A DNA stretch of 64,000 nucleotides, taken from NCBI GenBank assembly GCA_021826685.1, contig JAKAYT010000002.1, forward strand, positions 27,123 to 91,122. The letters run 5' to 3'. Made by a program: the position numbers and the translations under genes. Below are positions 18,975 through 28,770 of the stretch, in pieces. The DNA is from Thermoplasmata archaeon (GTDB lineage Archaea > Thermoplasmatota > Thermoplasmata > Lutacidiplasmatales > UBA184). Positions within the stretch are counted from its first letter, which is position 1. Each line of letters begins with the position of its first letter. Under the pieces are notes generated by a model, which saw only the letters and a program-made list of their open reading frames with translations, was not told the origin of the DNA and did no database searches.

Positions 18975-20219
18975 CTACGGACCGGACGAACTATCCAGCG
19001 GAATCTCCCGAACGTTCCAACCCTTCTTGCGGTAGAGACCGAGGACTTCGTTGGCGTGGGAGGGATCTCGCACTTCGAGATCGAGCTCGACCGTGACCTC
19101 GCCGGGGGAGCGGTCCGGGGCCTCGCGAGCGTGGCGGATGTGGCGGACGTTCGCTTGCGCCTCGGCCGCGGCGGCCAAAAAGGCGGCGAGCTGGCCCGGC
19201 ACGTCCGATACCGGTGAGGACAGACGCAGCAGGCGGCCCTCCGCCGCAAGGCCGATGAAGAGGACACGGTCGAGGACGAACGGATCGAGGTTGCCCCCGC
19301 TGATCACGACGACCACCGGGCCGTCCCGGGTCAATTCCGGATGGTCGAGAACCGCGGCCCATCCGGCCGCACCGGCACCCTCCGCCAGGATCTTCGCCTT
19401 CTCGAGCAGTACGAACGAGGCGCGCGCGATCGCCCGGTCGTCGACCGCGATCGCGCGCGCGCGCGCCGCGCGCAGGATCCGAAAGGGAAGGTCCCCGATG
19501 TGCCGCGTCGCCAAGCCGTCGGCAAACGTGTTCGGGCGGGGGCCGATGATCACGCGCCCCGCTTCGAGCGAAGGCGCGAGGTTCGATGCGCCGGTCGGCT
19601 GGACCCCGATTATCTCGGCGGACGAGCCCGCCCGGCGCACGGCGGAGGCGATGCCCGAAAGAAGGCCGCCACCCCCCACGCCCGCTACGATCCGAGCGAC
19701 GTCCGGGAGATCCTCCCGGATCTCCTCGCCGATCGTCGCCTGCCCGGCGATGACCTGCGGATCGTCGTACGGATGGACCAAGGTGCGCCCCCCCTCCTTC
19801 GCGAGCTCCACCGCGCGGTCGTAGGCATCGTCGTAATCGCTCCCGAACAGCACGACCTCCGCTCCGAGCGCGCGCGTCGCGCTGACCTTGAGCGGGGAAG
19901 CGTGCGTGGCCATCACGATCGTCGCGGGGATGCCGAACCGGCGAGCGGCCCACGCGACCCCCTGTGCGTGGTTCCCCGCCGAAGCCGCAACGACCCCGCG
20001 GGCCCGATCCTCGGGAGCCAGGCTGGCGATCTTGTTCAGGGCGCCGCGGATCTTGAATGCGCCGGTCCGCTGGAGGTTCTCGAGCTTGAGATAGACCGGG
20101 CCCGGTCCAATGCCTGGGACCTCGGGCGCGCGCACGAGCGGGGTCCGCACGACCTCGTCCTTGATGCGGCGACGAGCGCCCTCCACGTCGATCTCGGCCC
20201 ACGGCTCTCGGTCGTCCAT
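18975..20219 (-). CDS. ilvA: threonine dehydratase / threonine ammonia-lyase (PLP fold-II with C-terminal ACT-like domain)
   Basis: VYLKLENLQRTGAFKIRGA (PLP-Lys), ASAGNHAQGVA, GVGGGGLLSGIA. Start at Met69 of ORF 18975..20423; the upstream part is junk. Confidence 0.8.
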   Translation of the reverse strand: MDDREPWAEIDVEGARRRIKDEVVRTPLVRAPEVPGIGPGPVYLKLENLQRTGAFKIRGALNKIASLAPEDRARGVVAASAGNHAQGVAWAARRFGIPATIVMATHASPLKVSATRALGAEVVLFGSDYDDAYDRAVELAKEGGRTLVHPYDDPQVIAGQATIGEEIREDLPDVARIVAGVGGGGLLSGIASAVRRAGSSAEIIGVQPTGASNLAPSLEAGRVIIGPRPNTFADGLATRHIGDLPFRILRAARARAIAVDDRAIARASFVLLEKAKILAEGAGAAGWAAVLDHPELTRDGPVVVVISGGNLDPFVLDRVLFIGLAAEGRLLRLSSPVSDVPGQLAAFLAAAAEAQANVRHIRHAREAPDRSPGEVTVELDLEVRDPSHANEVLGLYRKKGWNVREIPLDSSSGP

Positions 20220-20391
20220 CGATCGCCCGCGCTCGGGATCCTCAGGCGAGCCCGGGACCATGAGGATTGTGGCCGGATACTGCCGTGGCCGGCCCGCTCG
20301 GCTCTCTTCGCGCGCGTTCGAACCGCGCGCTCTCACACCGCCGAAAAATGCGTCGGTTTCTCTCGGAACGGGACGCTTGCTCACCCAGACA

Positions 20392-20398
20392 TTAAATA
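20392..20398 (+). promoter_or_regulatory. TATA-like TTAAATA upstream of the r-protein operon
   Basis: About 50 bp upstream of rpl3 ATG 20449. Confidence 0.35.
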
Positions 20399-20448
20399 GG
20401 GCACCCTTTTCCCCGGCCCTCACTGGAGGCAGGACCCCTCATCGACCC

Positions 20449-21453
20449 ATGGCGCGACGGCATCGTCCCCGGCGAGGATCCCTCGCCTATTCACCCCGCG
20501 TCCGGGCTGCACGCCCACTTCCGCGGGTGCGTTCCTATCCTACGATCCACCCGAAGAGCCCGACCCTCGAAGGATTCGCCGGATACAAGGTCGGGATGAG
20601 CCACGCCTTCATCGTCGACTATCGAAAGCGGTCCACCACCGCGGGTCAGGAACTCGCGATTCCGGTGACCGTCGTGGAGGTTCCACCGCTGCGCATCGTC
20701 GGAGCCCGCCTCTACGACCGCGGCCCGTACGGCCTCCGAATCGCTTCGGAGGTCTGGGGTGCGAGCAATGCCCAGGATCTTGACCGACGGATTCCTACCC
20801 ACCCGGCGAGCCCGCCCGAGGCTCTCGCCGCGTTCGGATCGACCCACGCCGCCGAGGTCCGCGTCATCGTCCACACGCAGCCGCAGTTCGTCACCGGCGT
20901 TCCGTCCAAGACCCCGACCCTGTTCGAGGTCCGCGTCGCGGGCGAGAAGTTCGAGGACCGGCGCGCCCACGCACTCAAGCTCTTGGGACAGGAGCTGCGC
21001 GTCGACGAGCTCACCAAGCCGGGCGAGTTCCTGGATGTCCTCGGCGTCACGAAAGGATTCGGATTTCAGGGCCACATCCAGCGCTGGGGGGTCAAGCTCC
21101 AGCCGCGAAAGAACAGCAAGCATCGCCGGATGATCGGGACCTTGGGCCCCCACAATCCGAGCTTCGTGACCTACCGGATCCCCCAGGCGGGTCAGACCGG
21201 TTACCATCGCCGGACCCAGTTCAACATGAGAGTCCTCAAGGTCGTGAAGGACCCGCGGGCCGACCCGGTCACACCGGCGGGGGGGTTCCCCCATTACGGA
21301 GAGGTCCGCAGCCCGTGCATCGTTCTGCACGGCTCGCTTCCCGGACCCTCCAAGCGGCTCCTCCGATTCCGCACTCCGATTCGCAGCCGGGTCTCCGTCG
21401 TGGAGAACGTCGACCTGCGCTACTACAGCCTCCACTCGAAGCAGGGCGGATAG
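20449..21453 (+). CDS. rpl3: 50S ribosomal protein L3
   Basis: MARRHRPRRGSLAYSPR.. is the canonical archaeal L3 N-terminus. The ORF-track upstream 113 aa is junk. Confidence 0.9.
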   Translation: MARRHRPRRGSLAYSPRVRAARPLPRVRSYPTIHPKSPTLEGFAGYKVGMSHAFIVDYRKRSTTAGQELAIPVTVVEVPPLRIVGARLYDRGPYGLRIASEVWGASNAQDLDRRIPTHPASPPEALAAFGSTHAAEVRVIVHTQPQFVTGVPSKTPTLFEVRVAGEKFEDRRAHALKLLGQELRVDELTKPGEFLDVLGVTKGFGFQGHIQRWGVKLQPRKNSKHRRMIGTLGPHNPSFVTYRIPQAGQTGYHRRTQFNMRVLKVVKDPRADPVTPAGGFPHYGEVRSPCIVLHGSLPGPSKRLLRFRTPIRSRVSVVENVDLRYYSLHSKQGG

Positions 21454-21457
21454 GGCC

Positions 21458-22288
21458 ATGGTTGCGGAATCCGAGGCGGCGCTTCCCGCGCCCAGCGAGC
21501 ATCATACCCCGCACCACCGGGCTCGCGTGGTCGACCTTCAGGGAAAGGAGCAGGGGACGGTTGCGCTCCCTCGGGCCTTTTCGGAAACCGTCCGTCCGGA
21601 GCTCATCCGCAAGGCCATCGACGTGGCACAGTCGCACCGCCGACAGCCGTATGGCTCGAGCCCGACCGGCGGCCGACGCCATTCCGTGGAGTGGTCCGGC
21701 AAGGGCCACGGCGTCGCTCGCACGCCCCGACTGATGGACTCCATGCGGGGGGCGCAAGCGCCGAACACCGTCGGAGGCGGGGCCGCCCACCCACCGAAGG
21801 TCAATCGGATTTGGGCGAAGCGGATCAACACCAAAGAACGGCGCCTCGCGTTCGCGAGCGCGCTCGCCGCGACCCGCATCGTGCCGCTGGCCCGGGCCCG
21901 CGGGCACGAGGTTCCCGAAGCCGCGCACCTCCCGATCGTAGTGGCGGACCCGGTCGAGCAGATCGCAACGAGCCGGGACGCCCGCGAACTGCTCGAGCAT
22001 CTCGAGCTGTGGGCCGACGTTCGCCGCGCCCAGGATGGGACGCACGTCCGCGCCGGCCGCGGCAAGCGGCGGAACCGGGTGCGCCGCACTCCGCGCAGTC
22101 TTCTGATCGTTACCAGCGCGCCGCACCGAGCCCTCGGTTTCCGCAACCTCGCCGGGGTCGAGGTCGTCACCGCGCATCGCCTCGCCACGGAGGACCTCGC
22201 TCCCGGCGGGGACCCGGGCCGCCTCACGATCTTCAGCCATGCCGCGATCGAGACGCTGCGCGAGCGCCTTGGCGAGGAGCGTCCATGA
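21458..22288 (+). CDS. rpl4: 50S ribosomal protein L4 (L1e)
   Basis: Sequence and position after L3. Confidence 0.85.
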   Translation: MVAESEAALPAPSEHHTPHHRARVVDLQGKEQGTVALPRAFSETVRPELIRKAIDVAQSHRRQPYGSSPTGGRRHSVEWSGKGHGVARTPRLMDSMRGAQAPNTVGGGAAHPPKVNRIWAKRINTKERRLAFASALAATRIVPLARARGHEVPEAAHLPIVVADPVEQIATSRDARELLEHLELWADVRRAQDGTHVRAGRGKRRNRVRRTPRSLLIVTSAPHRALGFRNLAGVEVVTAHRLATEDLAPGGDPGRLTIFSHAAIETLRERLGEERP

Positions 22289-22548
22289 CCGGGCTTCGCC
22301 ACCGGATCTTGCTCCACGCCTACGTAACGGAGAAGTCGATGGATGAGATGGAGCGCTTGAACAAGCTTGAGTTCGTGGTCGACCGGCGGGCGAACCGGGC
22401 CGAGGTCAAACGCGCAATCGAAGAGCTCTACAGCTGCAAGGTCGCCAAGGTGAACATGAAGATCGTTCGCTCCGGCAAGATCGCTACGGTGCGCTTCGCG
22501 AAGGACTATTCGGCCGAGGACATCGGGACCCGGGCGGGGGTGTTCTGA
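22285..22548 (+). CDS. rpl23: 50S ribosomal protein L23
   Basis: MTGLRHRILLHAYVTEKSM..; ATGA overlap with L4. Confidence 0.85.
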   Translation: MTGLRHRILLHAYVTEKSMDEMERLNKLEFVVDRRANRAEVKRAIEELYSCKVAKVNMKIVRSGKIATVRFAKDYSAEDIGTRAGVF

Positions 22549-23279
22549 TGGGCAAACGCATCATCTCCCGCCGACGCGGAGCCGGCACCGGCCGCTACCG
22601 TTCCCCGAGCCACCGCCATCACGGCCCGATCTACCACCCGTCGCCCTCGGTCGTGGGGGAGGGGAAGGTCATCGGCATCGCCATGGCCCCCGGACGCACC
22701 GCGCCGGTGGCCGAGGTGCGCGGGCCGGACGGGAAGACCTACCGCACGCTCGCAATGGCGGGGATCGCCACCGGCGACACGGTGGCGCTCCATCAGGGCT
22801 CCATGGATCGAGGCTCGATCCTTGCGCTCGCCCACATCCCGGACGGGACCTTAGTCTCCAACATCGAGGTGAAGCCGTTCGATGGCGGGCGGTTGGTCCG
22901 GGCCGCCGGTACGAGCGCCCTCGTGGTCGCACACTCCGGCAAGGAGGTTACCCTCCAACTCCCGAGCGGCGCGTTCAAGGCGTTCCTCGACACGTGCCGC
23001 GCCCAGGTCGGCTCGGTCGCCGGGGGTGGTCGCAACGAGCGGCCCATCATCAAGGCGGGCAAGAAGTTCTGGGCGACTCGTTCCTTGGCCCGGGCTCCCT
23101 TCAAGGTCCGCGGGGTCGCGATGAACCCCGTCAACCACCCGTTCGGAGGTGGTGCGCATCAGCACGTCGGCCGACCGAGCACCGTCTCGAGCGGGACGTG
23201 GCCGGGCGCGAAGGTCGGGCGGTTCTCTCGATCCCAGCGCAAGAAGCGGCGGGCACGGACCACCGCCACGGTAGGGTAA
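22548..23279 (+). CDS. rpl2: 50S ribosomal protein L2
   Basis: MGKRIISRRRG..GVAMNPVNHPFGGG. Confidence 0.9.
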   Translation: MGKRIISRRRGAGTGRYRSPSHRHHGPIYHPSPSVVGEGKVIGIAMAPGRTAPVAEVRGPDGKTYRTLAMAGIATGDTVALHQGSMDRGSILALAHIPDGTLVSNIEVKPFDGGRLVRAAGTSALVVAHSGKEVTLQLPSGAFKAFLDTCRAQVGSVAGGGRNERPIIKAGKKFWATRSLARAPFKVRGVAMNPVNHPFGGGAHQHVGRPSTVSSGTWPGAKVGRFSRSQRKKRRARTTATVG

Positions 23280-23283
23280 ATCG

Positions 23284-23709
23284 ATGCCGAAGGGAAAGAA
23301 GGGTCGGAAGGTCGAGGGCCGGCGACGGCGGGAGTTCAGCTACCGCGGGCTGACGCTGGGCCGCCTGAAGGAGATGAGCCTCCCCGAACTCGCCCAGGTC
23401 CTGCCCGCGCGCGCGCGCCGTTCGATCCGCCGCGGGTTCACGGTCGAGGTCCAACGCTTCCTGGAGCGCATGCGCGAGACGTCGGCCGACAAAGTCCTTC
23501 GGACCCACACCCGCGACGCGCTCATCCTACCGGAGCACGTCGGGCGCCGCGTGGCGGTGCACAACGGCAAGGAGTACAAGGAGATCGAGGTTCGGCCCGA
23601 GATGATCGGCCACTATTACGGCGAGTTCTCCTTGACCCGCCGGTTCGAGAAACACTCCGGCCCCGGCGTCGGTGCCACGCGATCCAGCAAGTTCATGCCG
23701 CTCAAGTGA
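23284..23709 (+). CDS. rps19: 30S ribosomal protein S19
   Basis: EFSYRGLTL..VAVHNGKEY..IGHYYGEFS. Confidence 0.9.
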   Translation: MPKGKKGRKVEGRRRREFSYRGLTLGRLKEMSLPELAQVLPARARRSIRRGFTVEVQRFLERMRETSADKVLRTHTRDALILPEHVGRRVAVHNGKEYKEIEVRPEMIGHYYGEFSLTRRFEKHSGPGVGATRSSKFMPLK

Positions 23710-23729
23710 GGGGAAGAGGGAACCTATCG

Positions 23730-24188
23730 ATGAAGGGCTACACGTACCGGACGCAAACCGGCCGGGCCATCGCGCGCGCCCGGGGTGTCGAGCTGCCGAT
23801 CTCCCCGAAGAAGAGCTACGAGGTACTCAACGCGATCCGTGGGCTCCCGCTCGATAGGGCGCGCAAGATCCTCGAAGACGCGGAGCAGCTCAAGAAGGCC
23901 ATCCCATTCCGCCGCTACAACCAGGAGACCGCCCACCACACGGGTGTCGGGCCGGGCCGCTTCCCGAAGAAGGTCGCGCACCAAGTGCTCCAGGTGCTCA
24001 AGAACGCCGAGGCGAACGCCGAGTACGAAGGGCTCGACACCGATCGCTTGTACGTTCACGTCGCCGCTTCGAGCCGGGGACGCATCATCAAGGCGCGCAT
24101 GCCCCGGGCCCACGGACGCGCGACGAACTGGAACGAGCAGACGACCCACATCGAGATCGTGCTCGCCGAGGAGAAGGAAGAACAGTGA
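23730..24188 (+). CDS. rpl22: 50S ribosomal protein L22
   Basis: MKGYTYRT.. with a GAGGG Shine-Dalgarno-like sequence upstream. Alternative GTG at 23706. Confidence 0.85.
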   Translation: MKGYTYRTQTGRAIARARGVELPISPKKSYEVLNAIRGLPLDRARKILEDAEQLKKAIPFRRYNQETAHHTGVGPGRFPKKVAHQVLQVLKNAEANAEYEGLDTDRLYVHVAASSRGRIIKARMPRAHGRATNWNEQTTHIEIVLAEEKEEQ

Positions 24189-24883
24189 GCGCCGAGCGCA
24201 AGGTCATCCAAGAAGCAACCCGACGCGTCCTGTTGAAGGACTTTCTCGTACGCGAGAGCGCCCGTGCCGGGTTCGGGGGCCTCGACATCCAACGCACGCC
24301 GATGGGGACTCGGGTCACGCTGATCTGCGAGCGCCCGGGCATCCTGATCGGACGCCGCGGCGAGATCATCAAGCGTCTCACCGACGACATCCAGCACCGG
24401 TTCCAGCTCGACAACCCCCAGATCGAGGTGAAGGAGGAACGCCAACCGTCGTTGAACGCCCAGCTGATGGCGGAGAAGCTCGCGAGCACGCTCGAGCGCG
24501 GCTGGCACTTCCGCCGGGCCGGGCACTCGACCGTTCGCCGCATCATGGAGAGCGGCGCGCGCGGTTGCCAGGTCATCCTCTCGGGGAAGCTGACCGGCGA
24601 ACGCCACCGAACGGAGCGGTTCAAGGCGGGGACGATCAAGTACTGCGGAGACGGTGTCCGGCTGTTCATCGAGAAGGGATTCTACCAGGCTCGGCTCAAG
24701 CCCGGGGTCATCGGCGTCAACGTCTGGATCATGCGGCCGTCCGCCAAGCTGCCGGACGAGATCAAGGTCAAGGGCGTTAGCGAGCACCGCCCGGCCCCCG
24801 TGGAGATCATTCCCCCGATCGAAGGGGACGAGGCGGTGGTGCCGATCATCGATATCCCCGCGGCGGAGGAGCCGCCCCCATGA
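24185..24883 (+). CDS. rps3: 30S ribosomal protein S3
   Basis: KH domain ..GILIGRRGEII..; GTGA overlap. Confidence 0.9.
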   Translation: MSAERKVIQEATRRVLLKDFLVRESARAGFGGLDIQRTPMGTRVTLICERPGILIGRRGEIIKRLTDDIQHRFQLDNPQIEVKEERQPSLNAQLMAEKLASTLERGWHFRRAGHSTVRRIMESGARGCQVILSGKLTGERHRTERFKAGTIKYCGDGVRLFIEKGFYQARLKPGVIGVNVWIMRPSAKLPDEIKVKGVSEHRPAPVEIIPPIEGDEAVVPIIDIPAAEEPPP

Positions 24884-25110
24884 CGCTCCTGAGGATGAAG
24901 GAACTCCGCGAGTTGAGCGACGATGACCTCCGGCGCAAGATCGCCGAGGCGGAGGGGGACCTCCTTCGGGAACGCGGCGTCGCCGCGATGGGCGGCGCAC
25001 CGCCGAGCCCGGGCCGAATGCGGGCCCTGCGCACGAACGTCGCGCGAGCGCTGACGGTCCTCAACGAGCGCGAGCGGGCCTTGCGGCGGGGTCCATCGCC
25101 CGGCCCCTAG
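24880..25110 (+). CDS. rpl29: 50S ribosomal protein L29
   Basis: MKELRELSDDDLRRKIAEAEGDLL. Confidence 0.85.
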   Translation: MTLLRMKELRELSDDDLRRKIAEAEGDLLRERGVAAMGGAPPSPGRMRALRTNVARALTVLNERERALRRGPSPGP

Positions 25111-25129
25111 GTGGGACCCGGCGCGAGAG

Positions 25130-25462
25130 ATGCGGAGACGGACGGTGTCGGATATTCGCGCGCTGCCGCCCGAATTGCGAGAGGCGCTCGCCGGCGAGCT
25201 CATCGGCGCGGGGATCGAGATCGCCCGGGCTCCCTCGCTCGGCTCCCGTCGCCTCGAGGGCACCATTGTGGATGAGACCCAGGGAATGTTCCGGATCCGC
25301 TGCCGGCCGGACGACCGAACCATCTGGGTCGCCAAGGCCGGGCTCGAAGGGACGCTGCTCCTCGAGGACCGCGAGTTACCGTTAAGAGGGGATGTTCTTC
25401 GCATCCGTCCTCAGGACCGAACCAAGCGGTTGCTCCAGGCCGGTCCCAAGAGGGTACGATGA
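25130..25462 (+). CDS. rnp1: RNase P protein component 1 (Rpp29/Pop4)
   Basis: EGTIVDETQGMFRI..RTIWVAK; conserved position between L29 and S17. Confidence 0.75.
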   Translation: MRRRTVSDIRALPPELREALAGELIGAGIEIARAPSLGSRRLEGTIVDETQGMFRIRCRPDDRTIWVAKAGLEGTLLLEDRELPLRGDVLRIRPQDRTKRLLQAGPKRVR

Positions 25463-25881
25463 GCGCTTCTGGACCATCGCGACGCGCCCGGGACATCGGT
25501 CTCGATGTCCGCGCCCCGCGCGCGAGCTGCGACGACCGACACTGTCCGTTCCATGGACGTCTGCCCGTCCGCGGACAAGTGATCGAGGGGACCGTCGTCT
25601 CGATCGCGATGCAGCATACGGCCGTCGTGGAGCGTACCCTTCTCACCTACGTGCCGAAGTTCGAACGCTATGAGAAACGTCGGCGTCGGTACCTCGCCCA
25701 CGCCCCGCCGTGCCTCGCCGTGCCTACCGGACACCGGGTCCGCATCGCGGAAACCCGACCTCTTTCGAAGCTGGTCACGTTCTGCATCGTCGAGGACCTC
25801 GGCGAAGCGGCTCACCGCACGCTCGGCGAGGAGGCCCCGCCCCTCCCCGAGGCGGCTCCCCTGAAAACGGAGGCGGCATGA
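25459..25881 (+). CDS. rps17: 30S ribosomal protein S17
   Basis: [23 protein letters not shown]. Confidence 0.85.
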   Translation: MSASGPSRRARDIGLDVRAPRASCDDRHCPFHGRLPVRGQVIEGTVVSIAMQHTAVVERTLLTYVPKFERYEKRRRRYLAHAPPCLAVPTGHRVRIAETRPLSKLVTFCIVEDLGEAAHRTLGEEAPPLPEAAPLKTEAA

Positions 25882-26276
25882 AGGGCCTCGCCGGTCGCCG
25901 CAGTCGAGGGCTGCCGAAGGGGGCCCGGCTCGAGTGTGTCGACAACACCGGCGCCAAGGTCGTGGAGATCATCGCTGTGCGTAACTGGCACGGCACCCAC
26001 CGCCGCTACCCTCGCGCCGGCATCGCCGACCTCGTGATCGTCTCGGTGAAGAAAGGCACTCCCGAGATGCGCCGACAGGTGCTGCACGCGGTCATCGTCC
26101 GCAGCCGCGCACCGGTCCATCGACCGGACGGAACCCGCCTCGAGTTCGAGGACAACGCCGCGGTGATCACGACGGAGACCGGTGAGATCAAAGGCTCCCA
26201 GATCAAGGGGCCGGTGGCGAAAGAAGCGGCCGAGCGCTGGCCCCGGATCGCGGCGGCCTCGTCGATCATTCTGTAA
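25878..26276 (+). CDS. rpl14: 50S ribosomal protein L14
   Basis: [27 protein letters not shown]; ATG at 25878 lies within ORF 25710..26276. Confidence 0.9.
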   Translation: MKGLAGRRSRGLPKGARLECVDNTGAKVVEIIAVRNWHGTHRRYPRAGIADLVIVSVKKGTPEMRRQVLHAVIVRSRAPVHRPDGTRLEFEDNAAVITTETGEIKGSQIKGPVAKEAAERWPRIAAASSIIL

Positions 26277-26291
26277 CCAAGGAGGTGGGCG

Positions 26292-26939
26292 ATGTCCGGT
26301 ATCTCTCCCAGTTCCTCGCGCCGACAACGCAAGGCGCTGTACAACGCCCACACCGCGAAGCGGCGCCGGCTCATGTCGGTCCCCCTTTCGAAGGACTTGC
26401 GCGCTCGGTTCCACCGTCGCGCGCTGCCGCTCCGCAAGGGCGACACGGTCCGCATCCTCAAGGGAAGCTACGAGGGGCGGGAGGAACGCGTCGCGAAGGT
26501 CGATCGCCGAGCTCTCGCCGTCACCCTGGACAACGTTACGAGCAAGACGGGGGAGTCGAAGCAGACCCCGCTCCCCGTGCGCACGGGGAGCCTCGTGCTC
26601 GTCCACCTGAACCTGGCCGATCCCTGGCGTCGGCGCCGGCTCAACGTCACCGAGGCCGAACTGACGCCCGAAGAGCTGGGGGTCCCGCCGACGCCCGAGG
26701 AGACCGAAGCTCCCGCGCCGGCGACGCCGGCTCTTCCCCCGACCACGCCCGAAGCAGTGGAGACCGCACCAACCCCGAAGGACGAGCCTACCCTCGAGGA
26801 CCTCCTGAAGGACGAGGAGGAGGACGACGACGAGGAAGAGGAGGAGGACGACGAAGAGGACGAACCGCCGGCACCCCCGAAAGCCTCCGTGCCGACGAAG
26901 AAGGGCCGGAAGAGCCTGCCCTCGGGAGATCGCACATGA
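26292..26939 (+). CDS. rpl24: 50S ribosomal protein L24 (L26e family) with ~95-aa Pro/Thr-rich and poly-acidic C-terminal extension
   Basis: KOW core ..LRKGDTVRILKGSYEGREERV.., then PEELGVPPTPEETEAPAP..DEEEDDDEEEEEDDEEDE..KKGRKS. Confidence 0.85.
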   Translation: MSGISPSSSRRQRKALYNAHTAKRRRLMSVPLSKDLRARFHRRALPLRKGDTVRILKGSYEGREERVAKVDRRALAVTLDNVTSKTGESKQTPLPVRTGSLVLVHLNLADPWRRRRLNVTEAELTPEELGVPPTPEETEAPAPATPALPPTTPEAVETAPTPKDEPTLEDLLKDEEEDDDEEEEEDDEEDEPPAPPKASVPTKKGRKSLPSGDRT

Positions 26940-27652
26940 CCCGTCGAATGAAGCGGCGCGCAGCCCCGCGGAGCTGGACGGTCCCCCGCAAGGGAACGAA
27001 GTGGATCCGCCGGCCGTCTCCCGGCCCTCATCCTCAGGAGGACTCGATCCCTCTCGTCCTCGTGCTGCGCGACGTGCAGCACATGGTGCGGAATGCGCGC
27101 GAGGCACGCATCTTGGCGCGGAACGGATCCGTACTGGTCGACGGCAAGGTCGTCCATGACCTCGCGCGCGGCCTGGGCCTAATGGATACGCTCAGTCTCG
27201 GTGCCCCGCTCAATGCGCACTACCGCGTGGTCAAGGACCGGCACAACCGCCTGCAGCTCGTATCGATCTCCGGCGATGAAGCGGGCGTCAAGCTCGCGCG
27301 CGTCCGATTCAAGCACTCCGTACCGAGCGGACGGGTCGAGGTGACACTCCACGACGGGCGCAACCTCCTCGTGCCGGCGAACTCGCCCTACCGGGTCGGA
27401 GATACCCTCAAGCTCGAGGTCCCGGCCCAGAAGGTCGTCAAGCACGTGCCGCTCGCCCCGGGCCAGCTCGCCTACGTGAGCGGGGGAACGCACGTCGGCG
27501 AGATGGGGCATGTCGAGCGGGTCGAAATCCGCAACTCTTCACAGCCGAATCTCGTCCACTTCAAGGAAGGGTTCTCGACCGTGAAGGATCATGTGTTCGT
27601 GGTCGGCGAGACGACGCCGCTCGTGACGCTCCAGGAGGCATTGAGCCGATGA
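26936..27652 (+). CDS. rps4e: 30S ribosomal protein S4e
   Basis: MTRRMKRRAAPRSWTVPRKGTKWI; ATGA overlap with L24; in frame with ORF 26285..27652. Confidence 0.9.
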   Translation: MTRRMKRRAAPRSWTVPRKGTKWIRRPSPGPHPQEDSIPLVLVLRDVQHMVRNAREARILARNGSVLVDGKVVHDLARGLGLMDTLSLGAPLNAHYRVVKDRHNRLQLVSISGDEAGVKLARVRFKHSVPSGRVEVTLHDGRNLLVPANSPYRVGDTLKLEVPAQKVVKHVPLAPGQLAYVSGGTHVGEMGHVERVEIRNSSQPNLVHFKEGFSTVKDHVFVVGETTPLVTLQEALSR

Positions 27653-28212
27653 GCGCCCCTGCCTCCGGGGTCGCCCCAACGGCGGCGGCCTCTCCTTCCC
27701 ACGGAAATCCGCTGCGCGCGCTCAAGGTCATCAAGGTCGTGGTGAACGCCGGCGTCGGCGAATCGGGCGAAGCGCGCACGAAGGCCGAGAAGGTCCTCCA
27801 GATGGTGACGCATCAGAAACCGGTCGCGACCCGGGCTCATTCCACGAACCGGGACTTCGGCATCCGTGAGGGCCAGGAGATCGGGGCGAAGACGACGCTC
27901 CGCGGTCCGGGCGCGGTCGAGTTCCTGGAACACGCGTTCGAAGCGCGGGACCGGCAGCTCGACCCGAACTCGATCGACCGGTTTGGCAACTTCTCCTTCG
28001 GTATCGCGGACTACACGGACTTTACCGGCATGAAGTACGATCCTCAGATCGGGATCCACGGCATGGACATCGCGGTCGAGATCGGCCGCTCGGGTTGGCG
28101 CGTGCGCGACCGGCGCACGCGGAGCGCTCCCATCCCGCGACGCCTGAGGTCGACCCGGGAGGAGACGCGTCGCTTCCTCGAGGAACGGTTCAAGGTCACG
28201 TTCGTGGAGTGA
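27649..28212 (+). CDS. rpl5: 50S ribosomal protein L5
   Basis: ..[18 protein letters not shown].. Confidence 0.9.
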   Translation: MSAPASGVAPTAAASPSHGNPLRALKVIKVVVNAGVGESGEARTKAEKVLQMVTHQKPVATRAHSTNRDFGIREGQEIGAKTTLRGPGAVEFLEHAFEARDRQLDPNSIDRFGNFSFGIADYTDFTGMKYDPQIGIHGMDIAVEIGRSGWRVRDRRTRSAPIPRRLRSTREETRRFLEERFKVTFVE

Positions 28213-28220
28213 GAATATCG

Positions 28221-28367
28221 ATGAAACCGAAGAAGCGCTTTGGGCGGAAGGAGGGCTGCTTGCGCTGCGACCGCAAGCGGGGGATCGTCCGGCGCTACGG
28301 GTTGCACGTGTGCCGCCAGTGCTTCCGCGAGGTCGCCACCGACCTCGGGTTCCGCAAGTATCAGTAG
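28221..28367 (+). CDS. rps14: 30S ribosomal protein S14 (zinc-binding type Z)
   Basis: [37 protein letters not shown]. Confidence 0.85.
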   Translation: MKPKKRFGRKEGCLRCDRKRGIVRRYGLHVCRQCFREVATDLGFRKYQ

Positions 28368-28380
28368 GGGAGGGTTCACG

Positions 28381-28770
28381 ATGCCTCAAGATTTGCTCAA
28401 CGACGCACTCGTCTCGCTTCGCCATTCCGACCGGGGCGGGAAGGCGGGCGTATCGATCGAGCCCACGTCCAAGCTCATCGGAGAGGTGCTCCGGATCTTC
28501 CGAGAGCACCAGTACATCACGGACTTCACGTTCGTCGAAAATGGGAAGGGTGGCCGCTACGATGTCACGCTCTCGCGCCGCATCAACCACTGCGGCGTGA
28601 TCAAGCCCCGTATCTCCGTCGCCTTCCGCGACCTCGAGCGGTACGAGTCCCGTTACCTGCCCGCCCAGGACTTCGGGCTGCTCGTCGTCAGCACGCACCG
28701 CGGAATCGTGACCCAGCAAGAGGCACGGGAACAGAAGATCGGTGGGAGGCTGCTCGCGTATGTCTACTGA
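28381..28770 (+). CDS. rps8: 30S ribosomal protein S8
   Basis: MPQDLLNDALVSLRHSDRGGK..; GGGGAGGG upstream. Confidence 0.9.
   Translation: MPQDLLNDALVSLRHSDRGGKAGVSIEPTSKLIGEVLRIFREHQYITDFTFVENGKGGRYDVTLSRRINHCGVIKPRISVAFRDLERYESRYLPAQDFGLLVVSTHRGIVTQQEAREQKIGGRLLAYVY

Noticed and set aside
26780-26900. GAG/GAC/GAA trinucleotide repeats and GGC/CGG-rich repeats (31620-31770) considered as possible CRISPR or tandem-repeat loci.
   Set aside because: They are in-frame low-complexity coding sequence (the poly-acidic tail of L24 and the RGG tail of S5), with no repeat-spacer periodicity.
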